Origin: Squalus acanthias
Taxonomy: Eukaryota
Reading direction: 5' to 3'
Assembly (NCBI GenBank): GCA_030390025.1
Contig: CM059431.1
Coordinates: forward strand, 134,790,001 to 134,854,000
Length of the DNA: 64,000 nucleotides
Translations under genes and position numbers: made by a program
Notes under the pieces: generated by a model
Seen by the model: the letters and a program-made list of their open reading frames with translations, nothing else
Told to the model about the DNA's origin: nothing
Database searches by the model: none
In this document: in pieces, positions 13,041 through 26,909 of the stretch
Numbering within the stretch: position 1 is the first letter of the stretch
Layout: the number at the start of each line of letters is the position of its first letter

Positions 13041-13298
13041 TCACAAGGGTAGTCACTTGGGTGAAATGTCATGTTTAATGTTGAAAAGCCATCAGTTGGT
13101 TATTGTAAATAAAAAATTCTGATGGCAACTGTTACAGTTGTGGCGTCTGTCATATCGCTAATGGGACTTCCACACTGAGGGCTTAGGATGACTTGCAATT
13201 GTCAGTATGGTGGTCAGAGTGATAGGAATCCGCAGGTTCTTGGCCATTGTCGATGGTCTGATAAGAAGGTGCGAGGCAAAAGTGTTTGATTGTGCAGG

Positions 13299-13505
13299 CT
13301 AAGCAAATCTGGCAAAGAGGAGTGCGTCCCTTGCATCCCGGGCAGCAATGTGGTCGCGCACTGGCGCCTTCTCGCCTGTGCAGCTTCAGGTGGGTGAGCA
13401 GCAGCTTGGCGCTCCTGTTGTTGCTGCTGCTGTTGGTGGTGCTGTTGTTCATGGATCTTCGTCCGAATCTGATGTCCAGGGGGAAAGGAAATAAATGGTT
13501 CCCAT
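13299..13505 (-). pseudogene. Transposase remnant MGTIYFLSPWTSD...HIAARDARDALLFARFA*
   Basis: N-terminus homologous to the 62911 ORF ([17 protein letters not shown]), fused directly to the C-terminal end. Confidence 0.8.
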
Positions 13506-16500
13506 GCTTCTGGTATATGCCTCAGTTGAGGAAGTGCTCATTCCAGGTGGCGAGAGGGGTTTCCCAGGAGGTCACACTGGAGATGGGTGCCAGGCTCCAA
13601 ACTTCCACAACAATGGGTATGCCTGCTAAAAGTTCCCCCAGACCTGAGACAACAAAGTTCTGCCACCTGCAAATGATGATTGCTGAAAACTCCTTTTTAA
13701 TGGTGGAGCTGCAGCTGTTAGTAAGCAGTCCACTTGTGCTGCCACCAGGTTTCACTGGCGTGTTTCAAAGGAGACGTGAACCACGTGGGAAAAGTGTTAA
13801 AATCAGAAAGGCCTCTCAAAATGGGATTATAGAGGCACTTAACTGCTTGTTAAGGGCCTTAAGGGCCTATCCCGCCTCTTGGAGGCGGGATGGAGACAGG
13901 GGTCAGAAAACTCGCATTTGGGAAAATTGCTCGGAGGCGGGATGGAGGCAGGATTGGGCCCGCCCGCCATTTTTCGCGATTTTGACACCTCACACGCCTC
14001 CAATCCCACCTCCTCGGGCCTGGCAAAATCGAGCCCTATAATCAAACTTCGTATTACATAGTAAAGTGAATACGTTTTGCTTCAGCACTCTTGACACATG
14101 CTGGGATTGCAAATCAGAAAATTGTGCAAACCCAGCCCATAATTTTCTGTCTATTAATTAATTTTAAGAAGCAAAAAAGTTTCACTTAAATGCAGAAATG
14201 TAAAGCCAGAACCTAAAGCAGGAACCAGCAGACAATGGGGAATGTAGCGGATGGAAGCCAACTGAGGGTACAAAGTGGATGGGTCAAAGAGATGGCTGAC
14301 AGGTGGGAACATGGTCGGGATTCAGGGCTTGATCATTCCGAAGAGGCCAACAGCAGTTTGGGCCCTATTCTCCTGGGAACAGTAGCTTTTTAAATTATAA
14401 TTCTGGACACGTAATAATAAATTCCTGTTTGTTTTATCAAATTAACTTTTTTTTCTTTTCCTGCATCAAAAAATAGGTGCACTGTTGCTTTTTTTTGTTT
14501 GCTGAACAGGATCTATTTTGAAAATGCTATGTCACTTTCTTGCAGCTTTAAGTTGTCATTACTTTTGGATATGTTGCACTTCCAAGGTTTGACAGTTTTA
14601 TGCCAGTGTTAAAAGCTAAGTTGAAAAATGAAGATATTGGAGGTAATTTTATGAGTCCATGCTGCCAGCAGGGAGCCTCACCTGCCAACAGCACAAAATG
14701 GAAATTTGGACTCAATCTGCTCACAACTCATTCTAGTCAGAAATTCATGAGTGGTCTGTGCCCAAATTTCCAATTTGTGTTGCCAGCAGGAGAGGCTCCC
14801 TAACTCGTAAAATTACCATCATCTCTCCTTGCACAAATAAGTTGTTCTCCCTCTCTCTTCTCCCAATAGCAATATTTAATGACATCTTATTGAATAAAAA
14901 CTACTCGAAGTATTGTACCTTTCCAATTAAAAGGTACTATTTTTCAAATGCTTCCCTGACCCTCAAAAGTCATCAAGTAAGAAAACGTTCACAATTTCAA
15001 TTTAACACTCGTCCAAATGATTCATTCCTGAGTGCTTGCATTCCAAATATGATAGGTACACACACTAAATAAACTATACCAACAAAATACTACATATTTA
15101 ATGCATCAATATTTCAGATTGTATAAATTAGCCATCCACAATATGCAACCTGAATACGTCTTTTCCCCAATCTTAAATCAAACCATGCTATGCTTTGTGC
15201 AAGCCTCTAATCTTGCTCCATTAGTTTCTGCAAATCATTTATTTAGTGTGACACAGTTCAAATTGCTGTTTCCTCGAGCCCAGTACTTGGCTAAGGGCAG
15301 ACCCAGTAATGGGCCTATCACATCTATCCCAGTGCAATATCATGCCTGAGAAATGGGGTCAGAGAGCAAGGGTACAGCTCCACGTCCCGTTTATAGCGGA
15401 ACTAACAAAATGTAATAGCTTTTTTAAATGAAAAACAATTACTCCTGGTGCAAACACAACATTAACTTGTATTGTTAAAATCTTGTTCTAACACAAGATC
15501 ACTAAGGCAACACCTTGTCTGTCAAAGTTTAAAACATTTCTGGCAGCTGCTGCTTAACCCAGCCTAACTCAGTACTGTACACGAACAAAGACACATTTCA
15601 TTACCTAAAACACCACACTTAAAAAATGTTTTCAATTTAAAATATTCTTCTCGCTCTTTCCCCTCTAATTATTCCAAAGTAACTTAAAAACAACACAGCT
15701 AGCAATGGTTTTCTAGTCCTTCCTCGTAGCCTCAAAGAAATAAAACAGTTACTGGAGAAACACTCAACTGGTGTCAGTGTTGTGCTCCAGAACATCAGCT
15801 AGAGATTTTTTTGCTCCTGGATGTCAACCTGGAGCTACCAATCATCTTAGAATTAAATACTGACTGAGAATATGCCCAGTTTATAAAACAACCTTAGTGG
15901 AACAACTAAAGGGGAGGGGAAGAGAGTCTTCTAATGTTAAGTTGTCCTTTCCTGCAGTAATGTTATCCTTCAACAGTTTTATCCTGTCAATGTCTGAAGA
16001 TTCCATCTCCTCTGCCACTATCATTAATCACAGTACAGAGACTCAACCACCGTCACTTAGAATTACTGCATAAGCACAATTGACGCTTAGTGCAGGCTTC
16101 AATCATGATTCAGCTTCAGGGTCCAGTAGCTATGATATATACACAAGCACAAATTAGAAACAAAATAACAAGAGAATTCTAGAAAATCATAACAAAAGTT
16201 GCTGAAATATTTGAAAATAACGACAATTTTAAAAAAACGCATATTACTCTGACATGTACTTCCAAGGAGTGTTATTACTTCCTAATTGCTGAAACCCTAC
16301 TCCATTAAGCCAGCCTTCTCAGGAGAAATGCAGGTAGAAATGGGCAACACATTCACTCTGCCTGTTATAATGCATAAATACAACACAACCAAGATCTAAA
16401 AATCACAAACTTGACTCACTGCCCTTGGTTTCTGTTAATAGACAACAGTCCATTAATATAATTGCATTCAAATAGGAATACCAACGTAAATCCTTGAAAA

Positions 16501-16939
16501 CTAAACTCTCTGGCCCTCAAGTTGTGTACAAAACTACACAATCTGTCATAGCTCATCTACATCATCAATGCTCAGTGACTACAGAAAGCTTACAACATTC
16601 TCTAAATAAGAAGAAACATTGCAACTATGTATTTATCTTGCCACAAGAATTCTGCTATGATCCTTCAAATTGTTAATTATTTTCCTTGATCGCTGAAATG
16701 CAACATGTTTAGCTACTATTTGTTTCATGCTGTGTGCTGTTATTAGTGCCAGAAACAGCATGCTAATATTGAAATTTTCTATCAACACGAATTTCATCCA
16801 CTGTTCTGACTGGTTATGCAGAATTGTGGATGAATATATACTACAGAAGACTCCTTTTTTTTTTAAAGCATTAGCACATCATAATGTAAAGAGAAAATAC
16901 TTTTCAGATGAAATGTGTAAATATCACTTATCTCAGTAC

Positions 16940-17039
16940 CTGGCTTTTATTGGGAAATTCTGACTAAGGTCTCGCATTAACTTCAAAGCATCATAAACAG
17001 GAGCAGAGACAATGCGAGCAGCTGCCTGGAAACTTAGAT
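16940..17039 (-). CDS. UGGT2: Host gene exon (D)LSFQAAARIVSAPVYDALKLMRDLSQNFPIKA(R)
   Basis: 100-nt exon bounded by ttttacag| and |gtactg. APVYD and SQNFPIKAR favour UGGT2 over UGGT1; paralog assignment is from memory. Confidence 0.9.
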
Positions 17040-17261
17040 CTGTAAAAGAAAAAATACTGGGTAAAAAGACGGTAAAATGTTGTTTGCATCCTATACAATT
17101 TTCACCTATCAAAAAGAAATTCTGTAGATTAAGCCCCTCTGGTAGTCTTATTCTTGAATACATTTGTGTGAAATGTATAATTCTGTTTGTATTTAAAATA
17201 CATAGAATTAGAAACAATAAAATTCATCACAAAGAAACTAGCCCTTTTGTCTGGAGTCACT

Positions 17262-18293
17262 GGGGACAATTTTCAGCAGGGCGATCAGGTGCTAAAGATC
17301 TTCCAAGGTGGCGAAGATAGAGCCTTGAGCTGAAACGCCGGTTTAGCCTGCGTTTAGCGCAAGACGCCTTCTTAGTAAAGGACTTGATGCGTGCGCTAGG
17401 AACGGCCGCTCGGAAGCTCGTTAAGGGGCTGCTTGCCACTTAAAATGCCTGTCAGCACTGATTAAGGAGGCTGCACCGCATTTTGGTGGCTACCTGCTCG
17501 TCCTAATACCCTCTCCTAACAGTGACCAGCTGTTTGAGAGTAACCAAGGCATTGATGTGGATTTCAAGTGCTACTTAAAGGGATACTCACCATTTCATGT
17601 TCACTTGCAGCTGGAGCTGTGAGGAGGACCTCTGAAACACATCGGGAGACTTTCTGCGACACTTTGTCCTGACTTCACCAATGCTCTAGCAACATTTATT
17701 CGGCAAATTCTCTGAAGACTTCACCAAAAAAGAGTAAGAGCTGTGCTACTCCACCTTATAGGAGTCACCAGGAGAAAGGGAGTGCTTGGTCATGGGCATC
17801 CTGCTAGGGGTCCTCCTTGGTCCGGACGAGGAATGGGAGGAGGACATGAGGCCAGGCAGTGCAGCACCAGCTGCTGCAGGAGAGGGGGACAGGAGGGCGA
17901 GGTGGCGTCCTTCCCCCTGCGGGCGCAGGATATCACTCCTCCTCTGGACCTCCTCCATCAGAACCTTCAGTGCCACATCTGAGAACCTGGGCATCCTCTC
18001 CCTGCATCCGAGCCATCCTGCAACATGCCGCTGTGTGCCAGGCAGCGCACTCCACACCTTCAGTGGCAGTGGGTGCGAGGAGCCCACTTATTCTGTCCAC
18101 GAAAGTTGAGTCTAATCAGCACTTGAGTGCTAAACCTGCAGGTGTCTGGTTTAGCCTCCAGGTAAATTCAAATTACCGGAATCAGCAATTAGGACCAAAA
18201 TTGTGTGCTAAATCCAGACTTTCAAACAGGCGTGTCTTATTAACACAGGGCCCATTTAGTGCCTGTTTTCACCCTTTGGCCAAAATAACCCCC
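17262..18293. mobile_element. Harbinger deletion derivative
   Basis: gggg.caatttt / aaaataacccc termini. Myb-like start PRFSDVALKVLMEEV on -, probable transposase start MGILLG on +. Confidence 0.7.
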
Positions 18294-21124
18294 ACCATCT
18301 TTACCTGCTGCTGCTGCTAAAGGTCAAAAGCAGAAGTGGAGTCTCTGCTCTCTCTCAGGCTATTGCCTCCATTTCAAAACCTCCCAATATTGTAAATTAC
18401 AAGTTGGTTTGCTCACATTGTCCATGGTATCCCTGCAACTGACAACTGGGGTTATAATTTATTTTCCTGACAGTATAATGGATTGACTCAGCACTTAAAC
18501 TTATGTATTACGGGTTGGTGGTTGTCTGGTAGCAATATATTCTACCATCACCAACCTATAGGGCATAAGCGTAGATTTTGAGGGTGATAATTTGTTCCCT
18601 ACCGCCAAACCAGGATAGCATCTTGGATCAATCAAGAACATTTTTCTCCTTGTTACTTGCAGGGAAGGGGGCAAGGAAGAGCAGAAACAGGAAGCTAAAA
18701 AAGTTAGACATCAGGCTTTCAGCAGCGGCGCCATAGCTGAGAGATTAACCACGATAGTGCATGCTATTCAAGGTCAGGTGGCTGAAAGGACATCAGGCCA
18801 GGCCGGGTTGGCAAATGCTGAAAGGCCAGGACAAACATAGAAAGCCAGTTCATACATAGAGAATGAGTGGGCCGGTTTTGGTATGCAGAAGCACAGAGGG
18901 GTGAGAGGAACCTGGGTTTGGGCCAAATGGGTGCAGGTTGGGGCCTGCACTTGCAGAAGAAAAATAATTTTTAATACATGCAAAAAATAATTACAAAATA
19001 GAAATTAAAAAATTCTCCTTACTAATCATGGAACACAGACCAATGTCAAGTTACTTGCAGATGAATTCAGTAGAAATCAACAACAAAAGAGTATTATTTA
19101 ACAATTAGAGGCAGTATTAAAAGGAAAGGACAGTGTTAATTATGGATGTTTTTATGTTGCTCATGTCAACTGGAATGAAGGTAGCAATATTTCAAAATGG
19201 GGAAATTGAATTTATGGAGTTAAAGGAAACTGCTTCTCAGCACAGCAAGCATACCAATTCCAATTTCATGTTTAATATTTAATAGGGGGTAGATGCTTTT
19301 GGGAGATCTTCCTGGGTCTACGCCTAGACACACTAGATCACCTGGGTGCAGCTAATCTCAGAAAATTAGGCAGGACAGAGCACACGCCTGTAAAATAACA
19401 GCCCTCTTTTCCTCCATCAAGATAAATGGAGGAAAACTGTGGGTTTTCTTTATAGACCGCGCTCCAACCTTCACAATTTTGAGGTTCGGACTGGGTTCAG
19501 CTGTGCTGTTCTTTCCCGACTCACAATCAAATAGTCTGCTGCACATGTGGAACCATACCATACCCCAACATAAATCAACATCTTCTGAGGAGGAGGGGAA
19601 AAAATTGGAAAATGAATGAAATCAAAAGCTTGTACAGAAATAACAAGGACATATATTAAAATAGACTGCATGAGATTTGAATGAAGAATGTAAAAAAGGT
19701 CAAGCAAAATGCCTCAATGGCCTTTTCTCATTCCTTCCATATGTCCTTATAAATAATGGTTAGAGAATTGCTACTCAGTATAATTTAGATACCTACAAAA
19801 TCTAGTCCAGTTCCATTAGTGGCATCACTAAAGATTTCTCTTTAAGGTCCTGCTCCCATTAAGCTGCTATACAATAAACTAACAGAGCTCTGACATGTTG
19901 TCCCTGTTACTGAGTTTCTATTGTTTTTCATTACAGATGAGAGATACAGAGATACAGAGATAGATGAGATAGGCTAGATGAAAAGACTTCAAAGGAGGAC
20001 AACAAGGATAATGAAGGACGAGACAACCTGATGTCCTGACAAGCTGCTTTGGGGCAGCTGAGCATCTTCATTTTTCATCTATCTCTTTTTTTCTCTCTGA
20101 GAATGTTGAAGGCTGTGGCAATCAGATGCCAATCAGTCCTCCTACCAGATATCTATCTGTCTTTCTAGCTATATTATATAATATTATCTTTTGTGTACAG
20201 CACAGTTCAAGTAAATGTAGCACTTGCTATTACACTGGGGGGATTTTTCCAGGGATCAGCGGGCGGAATCGGTGGCAGGTCGGGTGGGAAAGTGTTTTTT
20301 TTGACAGCGGCTCGTGATCCTGCTGTCAACCCGCCACCATGCGCCTTTTTCAAAGTCGGGTCTGTCAGCGCTGAGCAGACCCGACAGGCACCAGCGGGCG
20401 ACCCAATTAATCTCATTATTGCCTAGTTGACAGATCATTAACAGGCTTTTTAAACTTACCTTTTCACTTTAACTTCATGGCCACGGAGACCACGCAGTTC
20501 GGGGACCACAGCTGTTAACCTGAGGCAGGAGTTCAGTGGCCATTGCTCCAGCTGATTACTTGACAGCTTCAAATGTACAGTAAAAGCTCCCACCTAACAG
20601 GTCGTCACTTTCCTCAGTCACAAGCTGTTTCTCAGTCCATTTCCACCACTCTCCATCCAGTATCACCTCTTTGGAAGAACTCTCTTACCATTGACAGAAT
20701 GCTTCTGCCATCTATTCCATCAACATGGGTGCCCTTTATACTGTCTCACCTTGGTCCTCAGAATCCGACTACGATGAGCCCCAACACCAGCAGCAGCAGG
20801 CACACCAGCAGCACCAACAACAACAAAACCTTCTCCGCGATCACCTGATGATGCACAGGACACAGGACATCAGCACCTGACCACATTGCTGCCCAGGAGG
20901 CCAGGGATGGCCTCACCATGGCCAGATTTACTTCACTTGACGTTGTACACCCTGGCGCCAGGGTGGCACCACCCCACACCAACACCATAAAGCATCCCTA
21001 CAATGTCTAAGCCATTCCTTTCACACTCACCACCATTGCGGGGGGGTACCGTTATGTCTCGCCATTCACTGCAACTCACTACGCAACTTCAAAAGGAGCA
21101 CACAAATCTGTCCAAGAACACAAA

Positions 21125-21795
21125 GGGGGGAATTTTATTAATGGGGGTGTGTTAGGGGGCGGGACTGCTGGTTGTTGGGTTTCAGTCCCGCCCCCAACGA
21201 CGTCCGGCCAACCCACGCTATTTTCCCTTGATTGACCTTGTTAAGCCCACCCTGCGGGCTTAGCAGGCCAATTAAGGGAAAGCCGGTGACAGAGAACGTC
21301 AGCGTATGACGGTTCATCTTTTTGACAGATTTGTTGTCATCGTTTGACAGCTCTGTGAAGCTGTTAGACACTGACAATCCCTGTTGTTTGGTGAGTCCTT
21401 GTACTCAAGACTCACCAAACCTCTTTCTTGAGCAGAAATCAGATGGCTGTTGCATCGGAGAATGCAGCAGCCATTCTGTCATCTCTGCCGTGGAGATGAG
21501 GAGCCTCCGGATCCCCAAGGGTTGAAGCCTGCAGGAAGAAACAAAGGTAAGGAAACTTTTTCTAACACTTTTCACTCACCTCCCCTACTTACCTCTCCAC
21601 ACTTGCACCCATCACTCACCTCCACAGCACACTTTTCGACCCCTCTCACCACCGCAGACCCACTGCTCACCTCGCTGACCCTGGTGGGGTTTCCCAACGT
21701 CAGGAAGCCTGCACTTGTGTTGGTAAAATGGGGATAAGCCTGTTAACTACCTGTTAACAGGCAGTTAAGTGGCTGTAATCCCCTTCCCGCCTCAA
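21125..21795. mobile_element. Harbinger-type MITE, truncated, nested
   Basis: Direct homology to 40700-41400, inverted homology to 21811-22596. Confidence 0.75.
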
Positions 21796-21810
21796 TGTGT
21801 TGAATATTAT

Positions 21811-22596
21811 GGGGGCGATTTTGCCAGCCCTGGGGAGGCGGGTATGGAGGCGGGACTGCCGGGAAAATGGCAGAATTTGGGGGCGGGTACCAAACCCGCC
21901 CCCAACCCGCCTCCATGCCATCTTCCCAGGAGGCGGGTTGCCGTCCCGCGCCGGGTCCCGTCTCCTTGGAGGCGGGAAGGGATTAAAGGTAGTTAACAGG
22001 CAGAAAATAGGATTATCCCCTTTTTGCCCTCACAAGTGCGGGCTTCCCGAAGGCTCCAAAACCCGCCAGCGAGGCGAGGCGAGTATTGGGTCTGCAGGGG
22101 TGCAAAAGTGTGGTGTGAATGTAAGTGATGGGTGCAAGAGTGTAGAGGTGAGTATCTGAGGAAAGTGCAAAGTGTTTTTAAAAGTGTACTTACCTTTGTT
22201 TCTTCCTGCAGGCTTCAGTCGGTCTGTATACAGAAAGTCTCGCACCTCGGTGTTGCAGATGAGAGATGGCCGTTGCATTCTCAGATGCAACTAACATCTC
22301 ATTTCTGTAAAGGAAAGAAGGTTGATGAGGTCTTGTATGCAAGACCTCATCAAACTGCAGAGATTATCACTGTTTGACAGCTTCACAGAGTTGTCAAACG
22401 ATGACAATTCATCTGTCAACATTTTTTGACAGATGAAACGTCATACGTTGACGTGCTCTGCAACCGGCTGGGCGGGCTTAACAAGGTCAATCAAGGGAAA
22501 ATAGCGTGGGTTGGCCACAAATCGATGGAGGTGGGACATCGACCCAACAAACAGCAGTCCCGCCTCCAACGCGCCACCAGTCACAAAGTCGCCCCC
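21811..22596. mobile_element. Harbinger-type MITE, nested, opposite orientation
   Basis: TIR gggggcgattttg / caaagtcgccccc. Confidence 0.8.
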
Positions 22597-25500
22597 AAAG
22601 GTTTCAAAGTTTGACACCACATTAACAGAAACTTTACATCAACATTGGAAAAAACACCCAAATGGCTACCCTTGTGTGTTGCTAGTTGATATGATTGCAC
22701 TTGGATGAGGGTGAGTGTGAGGGGTGGCTAGTGAGATGGGGAAGTGATAATGTAGATAGACAGACGGATGGGTGGAGGTGCAAGGTAAGTTGGTGTGAGT
22801 AAGGATGTGTAGGAGTAGGGTAGGGAAGGCAGAGTGATGGGGATGTGATGAGAGGCACAGTAGGATGAGGTTGAGTGTGGCTTTGTACTAACGTTTCGTG
22901 ATCTAATGAGATCATTGAAAGGTTTGCGCCACTGCACCCAGGTCCTCCTGACCACATCCCTGCTGTGCCCTCCTGTGCAATGTGCAACCAGGCTGTGTTG
23001 GTCTCCTGAGGAGGTGTCTTCCGCCCCTCGGAAGGGAAGAGGGCCTCCCTGCGTGCTGTGACTCCCTCCATAAGCATATAGAGGAAGTCATGGGAGAACC
23101 TGGGTGCAGCCCTGCACCTCTGTGCAGTCACTGTCATTGTTTGCAGCACCTCAATGCTGGAGAACACTGACAGCACAAATGTCAAAATAAAGTTGGGTAT
23201 GGTCCCTTTAAGGAAACCAGCTGATGACGCGTCATGAAATGACATCCAGGTCCTCTCACAGCAAAGGCCAGGCAGTCTTTGCAGACCTTCAATGCAGCAG
23301 CAATGATGACATCATCAGAGGCGACTTTCAGACTGAAAACACTAATTGGGTCATGGGTTCCCACATGCTGGAACTCAATTGCCCAATTAGATGAAAATCG
23401 CATCAATCTCCCACATCCAATTGCAGTCGGGTGGATAACACGAAAAGTGGATGACACGACCCCAACCCGCCCCAGTATCAAAATCCAGCCCATAGTCTCC
23501 AGTTCCCTGCATCCCTTACCACCAAAAATACTGCCATACCCCAGCCCAAATCTGCAAGGATTGCAAACCTCCTTAATAAACCTAGACCATTGCCCCGCCA
23601 TGCAGCCAGCCCCAAAATCGTCCGACACCTCAGATGTCCCTCTGCCAGTATCTCTACACACCAGTACCACCTGCCTGCATTCTCAGATCCGAAACTCCCC
23701 TTACCAATGTTCGAAGAATTCATACATACCTTGTTTTAATTTTTTTTTTACATTTTACAAGAATACAGCAGATCAGAGATGTCTAATCCTTACAGGCTAT
23801 TGAGAATGATGCCATTGAGAGCTCAGACCCACAATGGCAGCTGAGAGGACCAGACCTCGAGTAAGTCATGTGGGACGAATAAGTGAATTATGGGTAAGTA
23901 TAAGAAGTAGAATTCCACACCCAGGGACCCCAACATCCTATCTCCTGCTCATAATCCCCATCATATCACTTGTGTTGCTCCCAGCCCTTAATATTCCCTC
24001 CCACATCCCATGACCCCAGCCCAATACTTGCATACCCCAGTACCCCCATCCATGCTCCCAGATCATGGTACAGCCACCTTAATGCTCAGACCCTGGGATC
24101 TTCCTCCTAATGCTTTCAGATCCCTATACCACTGCCATACCCAACATCGTCCTCCCACCACTTCCACAATCTCAGTACTCCCACACCTAGCTAGTCTATT
24201 AATACTCCCAGATTCCACCACCCTTTCATTTCTCTGACATTCCACTATCACCTTCCTGAAGCTCCCAGGCCCCTCTCAACACAAATACTCTCCCCCTCCC
24301 CGTGCCTTCTACTAATTTGGAACATTCTCCCTACAATCTTCTTGAAAAAAAAAGTGAACAGATTGAGTAAATGGCTAAACAAACATAAAATCATAATCAA
24401 GGGCATTGCTTTACAATTTCCACAAAAATATGGACAATCACAAATTCCACACCCTAATATACCACCAATACTCCCAGAATACTGTGAAATCAATGTAATT
24501 TGATTTATCCAATCACCATAAAACAGTGGCCCTGATAATACACTGTACATTATATTGCATAAAAAGGGCTGGTGAGTCACAGTAAACAATGCCAACAATA
24601 ATTATTTCACGGTGTTAATATTTTTATATGGATATGGACTGTATCTCTGGAAGAATTCATATATATCTTGTTTTTAAAAAGTTACATTTTGTAAGAATAC
24701 AGGAGATAGTGAGTGAAGAAAGACTAGCAGAAAAAGTTTAACACAAGTCAAACCAAAGCGGCAATAATTCGATGACATGAAAAATGTCTAGGTTCAAGAA
24801 ACAGAGACAATACTCTTGTCTTTTAAATTTATATACTTCCCCTTCCCATTTTTCAAACATTTCCCCTTCTATCCCACCACACATGCCTGACCTTTTGATT
24901 AAAGATGGCAAGTGAACCAGTTGTAGACTGCGGCCAAACCTGCTCGAGATGACCACCAGCAGGTGCAGGATAGAACAGTCTGAGTTGACTCTGTCTCTTA
25001 TTTCTCCGTGTGGGGAGACATCTGGTATCCCCCCAACAACCTAACTGAGAAAATAATCATGTGGCTTAATTCCAGTCATAAACCCATGCCCTGCCACTCC
25101 ATAGTGCAATATGTTGGAACAGCAATACATCGCATCACTGGACTGCAATGAAGGTTGAAATATCTAGATTTTCAACCAATGAAATGTTATATGGATTTCA
25201 TGGGCACATTAACCCTTTGAGGATTACAGTAACACCCAGTATCACGAAAATAATGTGCAAGAGATTGCATTGCTTCAGAGATTTACTCCGCTGCCATCTT
25301 TCTGGAAACAGAAGAGATGAATTGCAATCCTGCAGTGATTTATAATTTGACATAAAATTCAATTGTGTGAAAGGATGCAAGCCTGCAGGTCATATGGTTG
25401 AAAGATGCATAAAATAAACTTCTTCAAATCTGCTCTACAAGTTTAAAAAATCTTTTCACAATAACCTAATTTTTCTTCTCACTTTTCCATTAAAAAAATA

Positions 25501-25665
25501 TCTACTGGGACATGCAGAGGTCTAAAATGATCAAAATACATTACCTTAGATTAGAGATCTTGTTGGTCTATTAGACATTCATGAAATAAAACCTGTTTTT
25601 ATAAGGCAGTCACCAAAATGATTACTGTACCATAATTTAAGTCCTGGTAGCAAAGTGTTGAACTC

Positions 25666-26733
25666 TCCACTGGCTGGAGACATACCTAGCACAAAGGAAG
25701 ATGGTTGTGGTGGTTGAAGGTCAATCATCACAGCCCCAGGACAGTGCTGCAGGAGTTCCTCAGGGCAGTGTCCTAGGCCCAACCATCTTCAGCTGCTTCA
25801 TCAATGACCTTCCCTCCAACATAAGGTCAGAAATGGGGATGTTCACTGATGACTGCACAGTGTTCAGTGCCATTCACAACTCCTCAGATAATGAAGCAGT
25901 CCATGACCGCATGCAACAAGACCTGGATGACGTTCAGGCTTGGGCTGATAAGTGGCAGGTAACATTCGTGCCACACAAGTGCCAGACAATGACTATCTAA
26001 AATAAGTGAGAGTCCAACCACCGCCCCTTGACATTCAGCGGCATTACCATCGCCGAATCCCCCACCATCAACATCCTGGGGGTCACCATTGACCAGAAAC
26101 TTAACTGGACCAGCCACATAAATACTGTGGCAACAAGAGCAGGTCAGAGGCTAGGTATTCTGCGGCAAGTGTCTCACCTCCTGACTCCCCAAAGCCTTTC
26201 CACCATCTACAAGGCACAAGTAAGGAGTGTGATGGAATACTCTCCACTTGCCTGGATGAGTGCAGCTCCAACAACACTCAAGAAGCTCGACACCATCCAG
26301 GATAAAACAGCCCGCTTGATTGGCACCACCTTAAACATTCACTCCCTCCACCACCGGCGTACCGTGGCTGCAGTATGTACCATCTACAAGATGCACTGCA
26401 GCAACTCGCCAAGGCTTCTTCGGCAGCACCTCCCAAACCCGCGACCTCTTCCACCTAGGACAAGGGCAGCAGGCGCATGGGAACACCACCACCTCCAAGC
26501 TCCCCTCCAAGTCACACACCATCCTGACTTAGAAGTATGTCGCCGATCCTTCATCGTCGCTGGGTCAAAGTCCTGGAACTCCCTCCCTAACAGCACTGTG
26601 GGAGTACCTTCACCACACGGACTGCAGCGGCTCAAGAAGGCGGCTCACCACCACCTTCTCAAGGGCAGTTAGGGATGGGCAATAAATGCTGGCCTTGCAG
26701 CGACGCTCATATCCCAGAAACGAATAAAAAAAA
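25666..26733 (+). mobile_element. 3' fragment of the same LINE family as 7451-9327
   Basis: Near-identical peptides ([20 protein letters not shown]...KAAHHHLLKG), aataaa and poly(A) tail. Confidence 0.9.
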
Positions 26734-26909
26734 ATCATAGACTGCAAGACTACATTCCTGAAAATGCACTTGATTTAAAAAAAACACAAATAAAGTAATG
26801 CCTTTTGCTTCCCCTTTGTAACAAAATGTCATATTTAAGCATTTTTCATACAGCGGCATTTAATAGAATGTCTAACTGAATAAACATTGACGGAAATTGT
26901 AAAGAATAC

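Larger units (their letters stand above)
10763..14036 (+). mobile_element. PIF/Harbinger element retaining the Myb-like gene but lacking the transposase core
   Basis: TIR gggctcgattttg(t/c)ca at both ends, perfect 3-bp TSD TAT (10760-10762 and 14037-14039). Confidence 0.92.
20237..23491. mobile_element. Chimeric Harbinger derivative with two nested MITEs
   Basis: 20237-23247 is colinear with the 2067 element. 23248-23491 matches 54619-54863, the terminus of a different family. Confidence 0.75.

Noticed and set aside
13183..14041. ORFs 13286-14041 (+) and the recurring RPHCCPG frame
   Set aside because: Antisense or alternative frames of the transposase remnant; similarity is explained by DNA homology.
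15880..16025. Short minus-strand ORF MIVAEEMESSDIDRIK...
   Set aside because: No recognisable homology or convincing splice sites.
19284..19566. Possible small GGGG...CCCC MITE
   Set aside because: Termini too degenerate and no second copy recognised.
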